Positions 1 to 12,661 are shown, counted from the stretch's first letter. The stretch: DNA of 64,000 nt from Zootoca vivipara (GCF_963506605.1 NC_083280.1:20708001-20772000), one strand, 5' to 3'. Numbers and translations: made by a program. The notes: generated from the letters alone by a model not told the origin.

Positions 1-699
1 TGACTAGTAGCCAATAGGAAATTGGAGAGGCTGTGTGAAATACAGGGCTGAAATAAAGAGCTCATGTGCCGTATATGCCCAGTTACAACCTGGTACCCCA
101 AAAGCCTTTGACAAAAACGTATGATTTCTCGTTTGACAGCGTTCACAGTACTATGGAAAACTTTATGCCTGAAGGCAGACCACAGCCTTGCATTTTTGTG
201 ACGTGTTCCTTTCTTGCTGGAGCAGCTAAACGTTGCATCAAAACTACAACTGATATCCTTGCCCCAACCGAATAAAACAATTTCTCTCTTTTTTCTCCTT
301 CAGCTTCCTACTCATATTTCACATAACGACATATTTTAAGGGATGAAGCAAAGTTTAGTTGGCAACATGATGCTTCAATAATTAATGTAACTTATAACTA
401 CAAATGTATGGGAGAAGATACAGATATAATCTAAGGCCCTGAAGTTGCTTGGGAAGATCAAGAGGGCGTACGTAATAAGGCCTCCATGAGCAAGAAGTAT
501 ATTTGCAATACTGAATGCTTTTATTGATTTGCTTTCTATGTCCACCTCACACCTGAGTGTCTTAAAATCTAGCCAACATTGTATGATGGGGAATCAGGGT
601 TACTTTTTTACTTCAGTGAAGGTAAATGATCCGTCATAAACCTTTGGGTGTCTCATTCTGAATAGTGTACTGATTTTTTGAACATGTCAACAGCAAATG

Positions 700-741
700 T
701 TTCTTACTTTGATTCTATCCTTTCTTACTTTGATTCTATCC
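700..741. repeat. Perfect 21-bp tandem duplication tttcttactttgattctatcc
   Basis: Two adjacent copies at 700-720 and 721-741. Confidence 0.9.
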
Positions 742-918
742 TTTCATTTTATTCCTAAGAGTTGAATAAACATAAGAGCAGTCCTACTGAAATTAATGGC
801 TCTGAGTTAGTCATGTCCATTAGTGTTAGTGAGTTTAGTTTGAGTGGAACTAACATTTGATACAACCACTAGTAAATAACCCATCAAGCATGAATTGAGA
901 AAAATATATAATATATAC

Positions 919-1297
919 CAGGGACATCCAACTCCCAAGAGACTGCCATGTATTCACAGAATAAAAAACTGGCAGTGATCTTGGGGGGTTCAGGTCAAAG
1001 TTGTTGAGCTTTTCTTAGGGAGGAATGTCCCATTATGGAGAGAAAAATTTCGAAATTGAGTACAGGGCAAAGGGGAAATGTCGCTCACCAACAGATCGCT
1101 AAGGAAACAATCAGCTTCACAGTGAAAACTCCGTCTTCCGTTTCACCAATCATGCAAAAATGGAGGAGGGGGCGAGGGGGCGGGGCCGGATGCTATTATG
1201 CCACCACAAAGGAAAAGGCGCCAGCGATCGACCGTGATCCACTGGAACCTCCCGGGGATTGACCAGTCGAACGCAATCGACCTATTAGAAATCCCTG
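919..1297 (+). mobile_element. hAT-type MITE
   Basis: caggga...tccctg termini. 8-bp TSD atatatac/atatatat. Subterminal gatcgacc repeats. Confidence 0.75.
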
Positions 1298-1883
1298 ATA
1301 TATATCATTCATTTGTAGCACACAATCATGTGCTCAAGAATTCGGTACAATGAAAGCTGTAGATCTCCTATCCCCCAGAATGTATGGTGTGATAAGAGTG
1401 CATACACATACATGACTTTTTTTGTGCACAGCTTAGGATCTTGCTCAGCTCAATCTTTTATACATGTGAGAACGTAGTTTGTAATAGGAGAGTAGTAGTG
1501 GATCCAGAGAGGCCTGCGAATATTGTGCAAAACAATTTCCTGGGTACATGAGGAAGTGACTGGCTACTTCCAACAGCAATTTCACTCACCCATCCAGAGG
1601 CTCCTACAGCTTTCAAAATAGGGCTTGAGGGCTGCCACTGGGGGGGGGGGGGAAACTGAAATGCCCTTGCACATGTGTGAAATATTACACACAGTACTTT
1701 GAATCTCAGCCACCATTAGAGAAATATTAAAACGTGGAGGAACATCTGCTTTATCAACTCACAGCAATCCCCCTTTCATTGAGTGGAAGTTTGCAGTGTC
1801 TTTAATATGACATTGCTTGCCACTAGTCTAAAAATATCCAAATAAAACTCAAATGGGAGACTGAAGAGTGCATAGCTCAAAAT

Positions 1884-1889
1884 TTTATT
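1884..1889 (-). terminator. Candidate polyadenylation signal (AATAAA) for RSRC1
   Basis: First AATAAA I found on the minus strand downstream of the stop codon, about 800 nt away. ATTAAA variants and more distal AATAAA also exist, so usage is unproven. Confidence 0.35.
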
Positions 1890-2682
1890 TAAAGAACCTT
1901 GAATTGTTAGCAAAGCGTACTTAACAAGATTACACTGTCATTATGTAGTTTAGGGATAGTGGGTGCCTTTCCTATACAACTGCCAGTTTCCAGTTCTTAT
2001 CGAGGAGCTCTATGCCTGGACTTTGAATGAGCATCAATGGGGAAAGTGTCACAGAGTCCAGAGGTATGTTTCACCCTTAGAGCACAGAGCTATTAAACAG
2101 TATCTTAATACCTTACAATTGCATCTATATGACTACACACTGGAGACAGGTTAAGAATGAAAACTGCAAAACACCAAATGATCTCTTCTCTTTCCCCTCT
2201 ATTTGTCTGTGTCCTGTATTCAGAATAATTTGTTGCACAGGCAGCAAAGCATATGATTACATTTTAATAATGATAGAGAACAGAGAAACTCAGGACTTGC
2301 CTGCTTCTGTTGGGAGGAGAGAGGTATTAAATTGCTAAGGAAACAAATGCTAAGCGTTCTTTCCAGCAGGACCGAATTCTGTCAAAACACCACCAGGATC
2401 TCTCAGCTGCCTTCAGGACAATAAGGCATCATTTCTTATCTGCAGTAACTTAGCAGATCTTCTGGTGCTCCCTCCCGTCTCGCCTCCCTCCCGTCTCTAC
2501 CCACCATCTATTCAGATACGCACAGCTATGCCAAGACAATTCTCAATTAAAACAATGTTGACCTCAAATAGAGGCCAGGGTAAAAAAAATTCTTTCCTGA
2601 TAGGCCATGCTTACTTGGACACTCATCCAGTTTTGCCACTGGATTTTTATAGCACAGAAGACACTGAAATTCTGTAGGCTAT

Positions 2683-2784
2683 TTAATTCACCCAGGCCAC
2701 AGGGCTGCCCATGAGCCTCTCCTGTCGAAGAGAAATCAGCCTCTGGAACCATCTTTCTTCCGCTTCTGCCTTGTCAACAAACAG
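2683..2784 (-). CDS. RSRC1: RSRC1 last coding exon: [33 protein letters not shown]
   Basis: Strong acceptor tctcttcttcctctcttacag|. Matches the RSRC1 C-terminus [30 protein letters not shown]. Stop TAA at 2683-2685. Confidence 0.93.
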   Translation of the reverse strand: MFVDKAEAEERWFQRLISLRQERLMGSPVAWVN

Positions 2785-3190
2785 CTGTAAGAGAGGAAGA
2801 AGAGATACAACATGTAGACATCTTGCTGAGGATTAGCATTTGTGAGTATTGAAAATACCCCATGAATGCATTGCCAGAAACCTCAAGCAATCAGTGGGAA
2901 AGCTACATTGAGATGCCCTCATCAAAGTTAGGATTTTGTTGTGTTTTTCCATGGATTTTCAGCATCTGTCAAATTGTGGTACGATCTGCACCAGGTCTTA
3001 GCTTTGAGCATATGCCATATATCTGTACCATGCCAACTGTGTGACCACAATCACTATCCACTTATCCAGGCAATTTTGAGGTCTGGCATCACTATCTATA
3101 AATTAATCCTGTGTCACATCACTGGATCCTTCAAGCATCTCTGTAGAATTGGAAAGATCTCTGCTGCAGTAAGTCAAGAGTGCCTACAAG

Positions 3191-3194
<4 letters not shown>

Positions 3195-3241
<47 letters not shown>

Positions 3242-3645
3242 CCCGCCCATCTGGCTGGGTTTCCCCAGCCACTCTAGGTGGCTTCCAACAGAAATATTAA
3301 AATACAATAATTTATTAAACATTAAAAGCTTCCCTAAACAGGGCTGTCTTCAGATGTCCTCTAAAAGTCTGGTAGTCGTTTTTCTCTTTGACATCTGGTG
3401 GGAGGGCGTTCCACAGGGCGGGTGCCACTACTGAGAAGGCCCTCTGCCTGGTTCGCTGTAGCTTGGCTTCTCACAGCGAGGGAACCACCAGAAGGCCCTT
3501 GGCACTGGACCTCAGTGTCCGGGCAGAACTATGGAGGTGGAGACGCTCCTTCAGGTATACTGGACGGAGGCCGTTTAGGGCTTTAAAGGTCAACAGCAAC
3601 ACTTTGAATTGTGCTCGGAAATGTACTCGGAGCCAATGTAGGTCT
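3195..3645 (-). mobile_element. L2-clade LINE 3' end with (ATT)n tail
   Basis: LHWLRVHFRAQFKVLLLTFKALNGLRPVYLKERL...LRSS peptide. Terminal ggggaaacccagccagatgggcgggg plus (TAT)n. Confidence 0.85.
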
Positions 3646-4016
3646 AATCTAATTAGACAGAAGTTCAGGAAAATAGGTGCTTTCTCCAAGTATGTTAAGA
3701 GCATGTAAGAAAGACAGATTTCTATATTCTGGTGTATACAATGCAGTGCGGGCAATTCAAAGGAAGTTATTGAAATGTGGGTACATTTGTATATCATAAT
3801 GTAGTTAACAAAACTTTTAAGTAATAAATGGATGCAATTTTCAGAATACCCTTTTTAATACTTCTTAAAAAGAGAAGACATTCTCTGGAATGTAAGTGAA
3901 TTTGAGAGGTAAGACTGGTTCCCCCCTCTCACGCCTCCCCAATAGTTCATAAGCCTGAAAAATAAATAAAAGGAATGGAAAAACCCAGATTTAGCTCTAC
4001 CTAAATATGGTTATAA

Positions 4017-4323
4017 GGGACCCAGGTGGCCCTGTGGGTTAAACCACAGAGTCTAGGGCTTGCTGATCAGAAAGTCGGCGGTTCGAATCCCCGCAACGGG
4101 GTGAGCTCCCGTTGCTCGGTCCCAGCTCCTGCCCACCTAGCAGTTCGAAAGCACATCAAAGTGTAAGTAGATAAATAGGGACCGCTCCGGCGGGAAGGTA
4201 AACGGTGTTTCCGTGTGCTGCTCTGGTTCGCCAGAAGCAGCTTTGTCATGCTGGCCACATGACCCGGAAGCTGTCTGCGGACAAACGCCGGCTCCCTCGG
4301 CCTATAGAGTGAGTTGAGCACTG
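4017..4323 (+). mobile_element. Sauria SINE (Podarcis/Squam1-type, tRNA-derived), 3' tail missing
   Basis: gggacccaggtggccctgtgggttaaacc (box A region), ggttcgaatcc (box B), and the characteristic body gcagttcgaaagcac...cgggaaggtaaacgg...ctggccacatgacccgg. Confidence 0.9.
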
Positions 4324-4362
4324 TTAAATAAAGGCTGTCGTAATAAGCATCACCACACTCAC

Positions 4363-4509
4363 GTTTGGATGGGCTAGTGAGTTTTCATCTTGGTATTTGA
4401 TAGCAGTAGGAATAATTCCAGGCACTGTTTCTTTTTCAAAAGATGTGAGAACAGGATTTCCCAGTTCTGCTGCCGCAGCTTCACTTTTGACTTCAGCGAG
4501 TTCTGTTGC
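4363..4509 (-). CDS. RSRC1: RSRC1 penultimate coding exon (147 bp): ATELAEVKSEAAAAELGNPVLTSFEKETVPGIIPTAIKYQDENSLAHPN
   Basis: Acceptor ctctcaattag| and donor AAC|gtgagt, phase 0/0. C-terminal IPTAIKYQDENSLAHPN matches RSRC1 IPTAIKYQDDNSLAHPN. Confidence 0.95.
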
Positions 4510-5796
4510 CTAATTGAGAGTGCAGGGTGGGGGATAAAATTCACACACAATCTTCATAGTCAAATTAATTCCGTTCTGAATAATATGAGAACATTATTGT
4601 CCTGTGACAGTAGACTGATAGTGAAGAATATACTGAATAACAGGAATTTCTTGTTAAAGAATTTTGCCTAAACTGACCCACCATATCTATTTTAGTGGGT
4701 GCATGGAAGCACCAGAATGCCTTAGAACCTGGAACTATAGATTGAACAGAAGCCAGTTTGAGATTCTGAAGTTGTTGAATTCTAGAACAAGGAATTTCAT
4801 TTATCTTTATGGGATCCCAAATCCTAAAGTCTCAAAACAGTTGTCACAAGTATTTGCGCATTTCTCTTATGAAACAAAATTAATAAGATAAGGGGGGGGG
4901 GACTGTTTCCAAGGTCTCACAAACTAACATATATCTATTTGCAGCAAGGGATACCTTATAGTATAAGACATATATAGTGAAAACTGCAAAGGCCTGCTTG
5001 AAGAGTCAGGATACTCTGCTCCAGCTGAAACAAGAATAGTGCTTCTGCAATAGTTCTGTTGATGACTATGGCACCGTCTAGATCAGTCCTATTTACACTG
5101 ACTGGCAACAGATCTCTGGGGTTTCAGATGAGCTTTCCCAGCCGTACTTGAAGATTTCAACACGTGATACACACAGCAGTTATCATCTTATTTAGCAACG
5201 CACGCCCCCCTCTCCCCGAGTATCCTTTCACTCACCTTTTACATGACAAAGGGCATGCATTTCCTGACACACAGACTAATTTCAGTGCTGGAAAAAATAA
5301 TGACTGAAGATTCCCTCCAAATATATTTTGTCCAACCCACACCTAACCCCCAACTCCAGTGCAAGAGAACTCCCTCTTAATCATCAGCCCAAACATCTTT
5401 GGAATTATTACTGCTTCAGATTTGGAATATCTCCATCTGTTCATTTGGGAAAACGTAATACGGTAAATCACCCTGTGATCCTTGGATGAAGGTTGGTGTA
5501 GAGATTTAATAAATAAACAAGCAAGCAAGCAAGCAACATTCATATGACACTTGTTTGGATTCATAGAAGAACACCTGCACCTTGATGTGGGGTGGCAGTT
5601 GGAGGGCTGATTCGGTCTGGTGGTAGCTTCTCACATCGCAATACATGCTGCTCCACATGAGCCTGACCTTGACAGAGGGGGGGGGCCTTCCCGGGGTGAT
5701 GCCATCAGAAAGGGGGAAGACAAAAAGCCCCCCGATATGCAAGAAGCAGCCTTGTATTTCTCTGTACCCAAACTGGCAGTTTAATAATTGGGATTG

Positions 5797-5797
<1 letters not shown>

Positions 5798-5845
<48 letters not shown>
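5798..5845. repeat. (TA)n microsatellite
   Basis: Seen directly. Confidence 0.95.
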
Positions 5846-5850
<5 letters not shown>

Positions 5851-6139
5851 CCTTTGTGTCAAAAATGTCAATACTTAAAAGTGGTACCTGTGCCTTGCTG
5901 CAACCAGAACACACTAACTGAATTAAGCACATTGTTGTTGACAAAACCTGCGTTCCTTTATTATACCTAAATGCAGAATCACATCATTATGGGATCCATA
6001 TATTTCTGATTTCTGATGACTGGGATTAGGATTACCGGTATGAAAGTCAAAGTCAATGTCAATGTCAACTGCATTAATGTACCGGCTTTCCACCAGCTCA
6101 CAAGGGGCTCTATGCAAAGGAAGAAGATTGAAAACTTAC

Positions 6140-6246
6140 CTTTTTGACTTCTTTACTTGATCTGAATGTCTGTGGAACAAAGGAGTCACTTTCAATTGCT
6201 TCAATTTCTTTTACTCGTTTCACTTGCTCTACGAGGCTGGTTTGCT
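6140..6246 (-). CDS. RSRC1: RSRC1 coding exon (107 bp): (E)[35 protein letters not shown]
   Basis: Acceptor ctcttctatag| at 6247-6248 and donor AAG|gtaagt at 6138-6139. Peptide is near-identical to RSRC1 [32 protein letters not shown]. Lies within track ORF 6110..6502. Confidence 0.97.
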
Positions 6247-8792
6247 CTATAGAAGAGGGTATAATGTCAGTATAGTTTAGCATAAGCTTAAGATCAGCAC
6301 CGTGCAATATCCTTCTAAAGTATTTCCTCTGCTCGAAAAATGGAAAACTGTAAGGTAAGTGATGGCTCTGCCAAGGAGAAATTATTCTTATTTTGTTCAG
6401 GAAAAAAAAGGTTAGGAAGGATAAAGAAGATTCTAGACAATGGAATTGAAACATTTGCCATTTACGCCAGTTACAAACAGGATAGCACTGCTGACAAAGC
6501 ATCTGTTAATCGTGAGTTTGATTCCTGTTGCAATGAATACCCCCTGCCCCATAGTTCAATATAATGCCAAAAAGAAGGGACTTGGCCTTTTGTTTCTTGA
6601 CTCAATAAAAAGTCCCCTAGCATCTGACCACGGTTTGAGCCTCTCAATGGGGTTCTACCTACCACACTGAGAATCACCCCAGAGCCCATTGTATCCCTAA
6701 AGTAGCTCTCTGTATGCTTATTGCATTCATGTAAACCATTTTAATATCCCAGCACTGCTTTATGTGACATTTTAAAAAGTTTTTTCAATCTTTTAACAAT
6801 TGAAAAAGTTGAAGAATGTGCTAGAGTTAGAAAAATTTCATTTTACAGGCTTGCTTGTTTCCTTTTGAGCTTCACTGTAATAAATATGAATGCTGCATTT
6901 CCCCCCCACTTCTGTTGGAGACAAAATTAGTAAGATCGGGCATATATATATACTGACAACAAAAAGATCCATCAGAAATATAAGTACTTTGATTCACAGT
7001 AGGAAACCAAATAGAACTCAATCCATGATAGAAAAGTTATTCAGATAACATAGGTATTCAGCACACACGAAGGAACACAATAGTCTGTGATATTTGAGGG
7101 ATTGAGAAAGGTCTCTGGACAATCTGGAGCTCTGTCTGGGACTAGATATATTTTTGGCACCCTTCCCTTTAAAATGTCAGCACCGTTATCGTGCTAAGCA
7201 CATCAACTCTTATCCAGAAGAGAATTCCAGTATTTATGTGGACAAACAATACATACTGTACAAGTTTTATTATACGTAAAAGCTTTGCTTGATCAGAGGC
7301 AGGCAGAACAGAACCTTGCACACTATATAATTTAGAGCTGCTCAATGTCAGTCAAACAGCCAAGGAAATTTAAAAGAAATTAATGCTGCCATACATAAGC
7401 GACGGAAAGAAATTTAGCTCTGTTAATCTACACTTTCAAACAACTGGACTGTAGTGGACACAGAAGACTAAGTCAAACGGCTCACTATTTTCTTATGCGT
7501 CCACTGAATACAGCCACCGCCACTGGTATAATGCCAACTTATTTAGGATTAAGTTTCTACAACAGCTGTCCTTCAGGTCACATGTTGTCCTTTCTCTCCC
7601 ACTGATGAACTAGTATAGGACCAGGGAGACATCCTTGCCAGTCACTCCTATGATGGAAATGGTATCAAGATTTTATAATCATGCATAATCAAAAAGCCGG
7701 ATACTGTCATGACAAGCTGCCCTCGATGCTCAGGTATCCGTGTCTGCTTCACTTATGGTTTCCCAACACCGATGACAGATATCTGTGTAAGAAAAAGTAT
7801 ATGCACTATATATAAATATATTGTCACAACTGACAAACATGTACCTGGGTGTTTTTGTAGTTTAAACATTCAATGGGAAAACCATCAGTAGACATAGGTT
7901 TGACCTTTGGCACTGACGAGTGCTGTAATGTGAATGACAGTCACAACGTGGGGAACATGGTCCCCAAGAGAAACAAAATCACAGAATGTTTTCCAGATTT
8001 ACTTCAGTGACATTAACTGGATAAAAATGGACTGGAAGGAAGCTGTATCCATTAGTCTACAATATTGTTGACAAACACATTATTGGTATATAAAATGACT
8101 TCCATATAGTGTTTGTCAGATGTCAGTAGAAAGGATATATATTTCATAGTAAAATCAAAAATAATGGAGTCAGAAAGCTAAGAGGGTAGAGTCAAAGAAA
8201 ATCAATACTAACTCATTGGACAGCAAGTCCTTTCACTCTGGTCAGACTGAAAATACAGAACTATTTGTATCAGTGACTGTTGATGCCATTTTTCATACAT
8301 AAATCATTCCTTCTATAAGAATTACAATTAAGCTTGCTCCTAGTAGCTGTGTTCTTTTTATCTTATTACTAAAGCGGGTGGGAAAACTTGGAGAAATAAG
8401 CATACATGGGAAACTATCAATGCACTTGTCAAGACCTTTTTGTGATAACCTTCAGTTTTAATGTGTCTGCTCATAGAGGCTTACGTCTGTAAGTCAACAC
8501 AATCATATGGCAGCAGTAACCTTCTGAAAACAGCAGGTGGCATTGTATTACCAGTTAAACCACAATGCACAACAGAAGGGCTTCAGAGGCCTTGCCTTAA
8601 GTATCCAGAATTCATCTTACTTCAAAAAGCCAAACATCTTTCAAGACCGTGAGTCCTTTTGTTGTGACTTACTTAAGAATATTTGTATTAATGATTTCTT
8701 TTTTGTGTGTAAACCCGGCTTTCGTAAGTACCTTTAACGTTATGTACTGTTCCTATTTTTAAAGGGGGCAGCTTTTTCAGTGGCTAACAGGG

Positions 8793-9240
8793 AATTGTTG
8801 TTTAGTCGTTTAGTTGTGTCCATGGACCAGAGCACACCAGGCACTCCTGTCTTCCACTGCCTCCCGCAGTTTGGTCAAACTCATGTTAGTAGCTTCAAGA
8901 ACACTGTCCAACCATCTCCTCCTCTGTCATCCCCTTCTCCTTGTGCCCTCAATCTTTCCCAACATCAGGGTCTTTTCCAGGGAGTCTTCTCTTCTCATGA
9001 GGTGGCCAAAGTATTGTAGCCTCAGCTTCACGACCAGTCCTTCCAGTGAGCACTCAGGGCTGATTTCCTTCAGAATGGATAGGTTTGATCTTCTTGCAGT
9101 CCATGGGACTCTCAAGAGTCTCCTCCAGCACCATAATTCAAAAGCATCAATTCTTCGGCGATCAGCCTTCTTTATGGTCCAGCTCTCACTTCCATACATC
9201 ACTACTGGGAAAACCATAGCTTCAACTATACAGACCTATA
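8793..9240 (-). mobile_element. BovB (RTE clade) LINE 3' fragment
   Basis: ORF MVFPVVMYGSESWTIKKADRRRIDAFELWCWRRLLRVPWTARRSN is the BovB ORF C-terminus. (CAA)n-type tail. 12-bp TSD tggctaacaggg at 8781-8792 and 9241-9252. Confidence 0.95.
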
Positions 9241-9999
9241 TGGCTAACAGGGTATGGCATGTAGCAATTACAGTTCGCAAACATAATTAGGAGCTCCAGC
9301 ACAGCCAGAGAGAAGTAAAAAGGGGCAAATATTTCTTTTAAAAACAAAATCTATATAACAATATAAAATGACAGAAAACTAGTATCTTGTGAACCACTCT
9401 TTTTAAATGTTACAACCAAAACAATGGCATGCCAAAATAGGCTTATCAGACAATTTTCTAATAACAGAACTCGGCCCAAGGAAAAACAAAAAGAATCCTT
9501 TAAGATTAGCAAATTTTTTACAGCATAAGATGTTGGGGTCTTCTGATATAGCTGTTACAGTGTCTTAAAGGACACTACAAGAAGAAACCACTAAATTACA
9601 ATGTTTCAAGCGGTTCAATTCTGTCACCTGTGGCTTGAATTGGGCTAATGGGCTTTTATTACATTACATGTGTTAATTAGCTTACCAATGTCAGGATGTT
9701 TGTGTTATTGTTGACACTGCTTTGTGAATGGTCACTGTTAATAATAATGTAATTGTCGCTGCCTGTGCTTTCTGAGTCTCGTTTCCCTCTGGCCTCACTG
9801 TTTACAATCCCTTCCAACCATTTGTGTACTTGTATGTATGTCACCAATTTGTTAGGTCTTTTTAAGAGGCCAATGGACTCCGTTGCCTTTGTTGCAACAC
9901 ACTCACCCTTCTGAAAATTGTCAAGGAAAAGTGGCTTTAAAACACTTACTGGTAAGCATCAAAATAAGTTCAACATATACAGTATCCTTACACAGCCAT

Positions 10000-10135
10000 A
10001 AAGCTCTCTGGGTGACCTTGGGCCTGTCAAGGCCACTAAGCATAATCTACCTCGCAGGGTTTTGTGGGGGTTAAATGACCATGTGTGCCACCGTAAGCTC
10101 CTTGGAGAAAAAGAGTGGTATATAAATGCAGTTAA
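10000..10135 (+). mobile_element. Degenerate CORE-type SINE (Squam3/MIR-like) 3' part
   Basis: tgggtgaccttgggcc...ctacctcgcagggttttgtg...aagagtggtatataaat resembles the CORE-SINE core and tail. Confidence 0.6.
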
Positions 10136-11536
10136 TATACAGAGAATGTGTATGGCGATTTCTCATCCTCTTGATTCAAATGGTGCAGCTGAAATAACAT
10201 GAGAAATCACTGACACAACAGAAATGATATCAGAGTGAAACTTATTCTTAGGTACCATTGCATTGGCAGGGCAATCTGTGACATACACTGAAGGAACTGG
10301 TGTGGTCCCTAAGCATCAACTGGGCTTTGGAGTGGATTTGGATTTCTGCTCCCATTGCTATCATCTCCCCTGCTTAAAGTCCTACCACACATTACTTGTT
10401 TCAGTAGGCAAATAACCCTTCCCTTCTTTCTCCAGCCCATCCCTTGTCTAAGGCTGCAATTGGAAAAGAACAGAGGGAAGGGAAAAAGTCATGAGCACAT
10501 TTACGCAAAAATGGAAGGGGTTTGCTTCACTTTCCTTGAAGGCCCAGGAACTGGGCTCATAAATTCTAGTTTCCTATTCCCGTTTTGTGCTTGAATGCTT
10601 TTATAATTCATGTGCTGACTATGCATTAATATCTAAACTTACAGTATATGAAAAGAAAATTAAGCACTTGATCTCTAAAACCAAATGACCAAGTCACACA
10701 ATAGTTTATATGAGAATAATTGCGAGGGGGGAGCTGAATTTTTCAGCACTTTGAAAATCACAGGTTGCAGTGCCATTTTGTTCTTGCCAGCTCCAGAATG
10801 TGGTTAGATCCATTACAAATCTCGGTGCAAGATAGTTTAAAGTCACTGTATCTCTCAAACTTCAGCTAAATAAGCTTTCGTTTCATCTCCCCGCTGAAAG
10901 TTGACAGGATCATTGGGGAAGGGGATTGAATGTGCAGGCAACACGGATCCCAAAGGGTATTGGGAGGGGAAACTGCCAGGAGAGGAAGGCGTGGGGAAGA
11001 GTGGGGAAAGGAAGAAGATAAATGTCACAGGTCATGGAAGCTTCTCACGTGGCCACATTCTTACTCTCTAGGTACTTACTCCCCACGGCAATAAATATCT
11101 GAGGAAGCAGGGCATTTTCAGTGGCAGCCCCAGTTCTATAAAACACTGTCCCAACACATATTGGTACCATACATTTTAACCTTGGGTTAGCAACTTTTTT
11201 AAAATTGAAAAAGGGCCATATTTTATAACTGAGCAACAATAGAAGGGCCAGCAAGAGTGGTCCTGGATAAGTCAGGACTTGGGCAAATGGACCACTTAAG
11301 TCTCCTTTTCAGTGTGAGCAGCAAGATGAGCTTTGAGCCAGCAACTCTTCCTTTACTCACCTCGGTTGCTCACCACCTTCTCTCATGCTTTAGGTCTGGA
11401 GCTAGCACAGCTAAAGTGCATAAGATTGTGGCGGTGTCTCAGCCCAAGCCTTTCTTGCTCTCTGTTGCTGTTTTTTTAGCTTAAAAAAGATTTCTTCCTC
11501 GTGTAAGTCACATACATAGGTCAAATGACACATTAG

Positions 11537-11650
11537 GTTTTATCCAGCATTAGTCATACTCAGAGTAGATCTATTAAAGTAAATTGGCCTGACAGGTCCT
11601 TTAATTTCAGTGGGTTTACTCTGAGTAGAACTTAATTGGATACAATCCCA
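11537..11650. mobile_element. About 115-bp palindromic MITE-like repeat (other copies at about 775-867, 32765-32880, 41949-42065)
   Basis: Inverted arms ggttttatcca...actcagagtag and tactctgagtag...tggatacaatcc, recurring four times in the window. Confidence 0.65.
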
Positions 11651-12165
11651 TTCTCGTATTGGGCAAATGTACTTTCATTTAGCAAAATGATTAAGATGTT
11701 ACACCAATGTTAACTCAGTGTTTTCCAGACACCTAACGTGTATATAAAAAAAGACATATAATTATAAAGAAAGGTATAAGAATTCATAGGATAAAATGGT
11801 ACAGAACATCAATAATATCCTGAAGGATGCTGGATGTCTGCTGCATTTTCACAGAGAGAGAAAAAGAGAGAGGCTGAATAAAGTTTCATCTTGCAGCACA
11901 TGAGCAAGCCAGACTGCAGCCTCTGCTGTTGCTGCTAGCTGTCCATTTTAATTCTTGAATTATTATTGACTCTAATTAAAATTCTATAGATGGAAGAGCA
12001 GTAGGTTTCTCAGGAACTTGCCAGCGAATGTTGTCTGCCAGCCATCTCCAAACACCCCATAACCACACACAACCAGCCTGTCAGGAGAGCTAATGCAGAC
12101 ATTCTGGGGCACACCACATTTGTCACTGTGGCTAATATCAGAGATACTCAGCTCTTTTTTTCTCA

Positions 12166-12425
12166 NNNNNNNNNNNNNNNNNNNNNNNNNNNNNNNNNNN
12201 NNNNNNNNNNNNNNNNNNNNNNNNNNNNNNNNNNNNNNNNNNNNNNNNNNNNNNNNNNNNNNNNNNNNNNNNNNNNNNNNNNNNNNNNNNNNNNNNNNNN
12301 NNNNNNNNNNNNNNNNNNNNNNNNNNNNNNNNNNNNNNNNNNNNNNNNNNNNNNNNNNNNNNNNNNNNNNNNNNNNNNNNNNNNNNNNNNNNNNNNNNNN
12401 NNNNNNNNNNNNNNNNNNNNNNNNN
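12166..12425. other. Assembly gap (N run)
   Basis: Ns. Confidence 1.
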
Positions 12426-12661
12426 ATCCAAGGTAATGCTTTGTGCTCTGATCTTAAAGGCAATTACTAGCTTCTTCTATCTTTTATATATCCATAGTTA
12501 AAAAAAACAAAACCACAACAACCCAAAAAACTTTATATAGTACATATATAACACATCTAAAGTATGTGGCTTATTACCAATATATAGCAGACGCATTGTA
12601 GTTAGACATGTAGGTAGACAGAAAGAGAATACAAGCACACAGAGAAAATCACTAAAAGGGT

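Noticed and set aside
274-303. Plus-strand splice acceptor (tttctctcttttttctccttcag) suggesting another gene
   Set aside because: No recognisable coding exon or donor follows; could be chance or a non-coding transcript.
4017-4100. tRNA gene (box A/box B, GGTTCGAATCC)
   Set aside because: It is the tRNA-derived head of a Sauria SINE, continuous with the SINE body. The same applies at 57440-57523.
6110-6502. 130-aa ORF as a stand-alone gene
   Set aside because: Only 6140-6246 is RSRC1-like and is bounded by AG/GT. The rest is intron read-through.
8814-9290. 158-aa and 186-aa (54621..55181) plus-strand ORFs
   Set aside because: Antisense frames of BovB, a known artefact.
11984-12470. ORFs spanning N runs (also 16.7-17.1, 39.0-39.4 and 48.4-48.9 kb)
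   Set aside because: Artefacts of assembly gaps.
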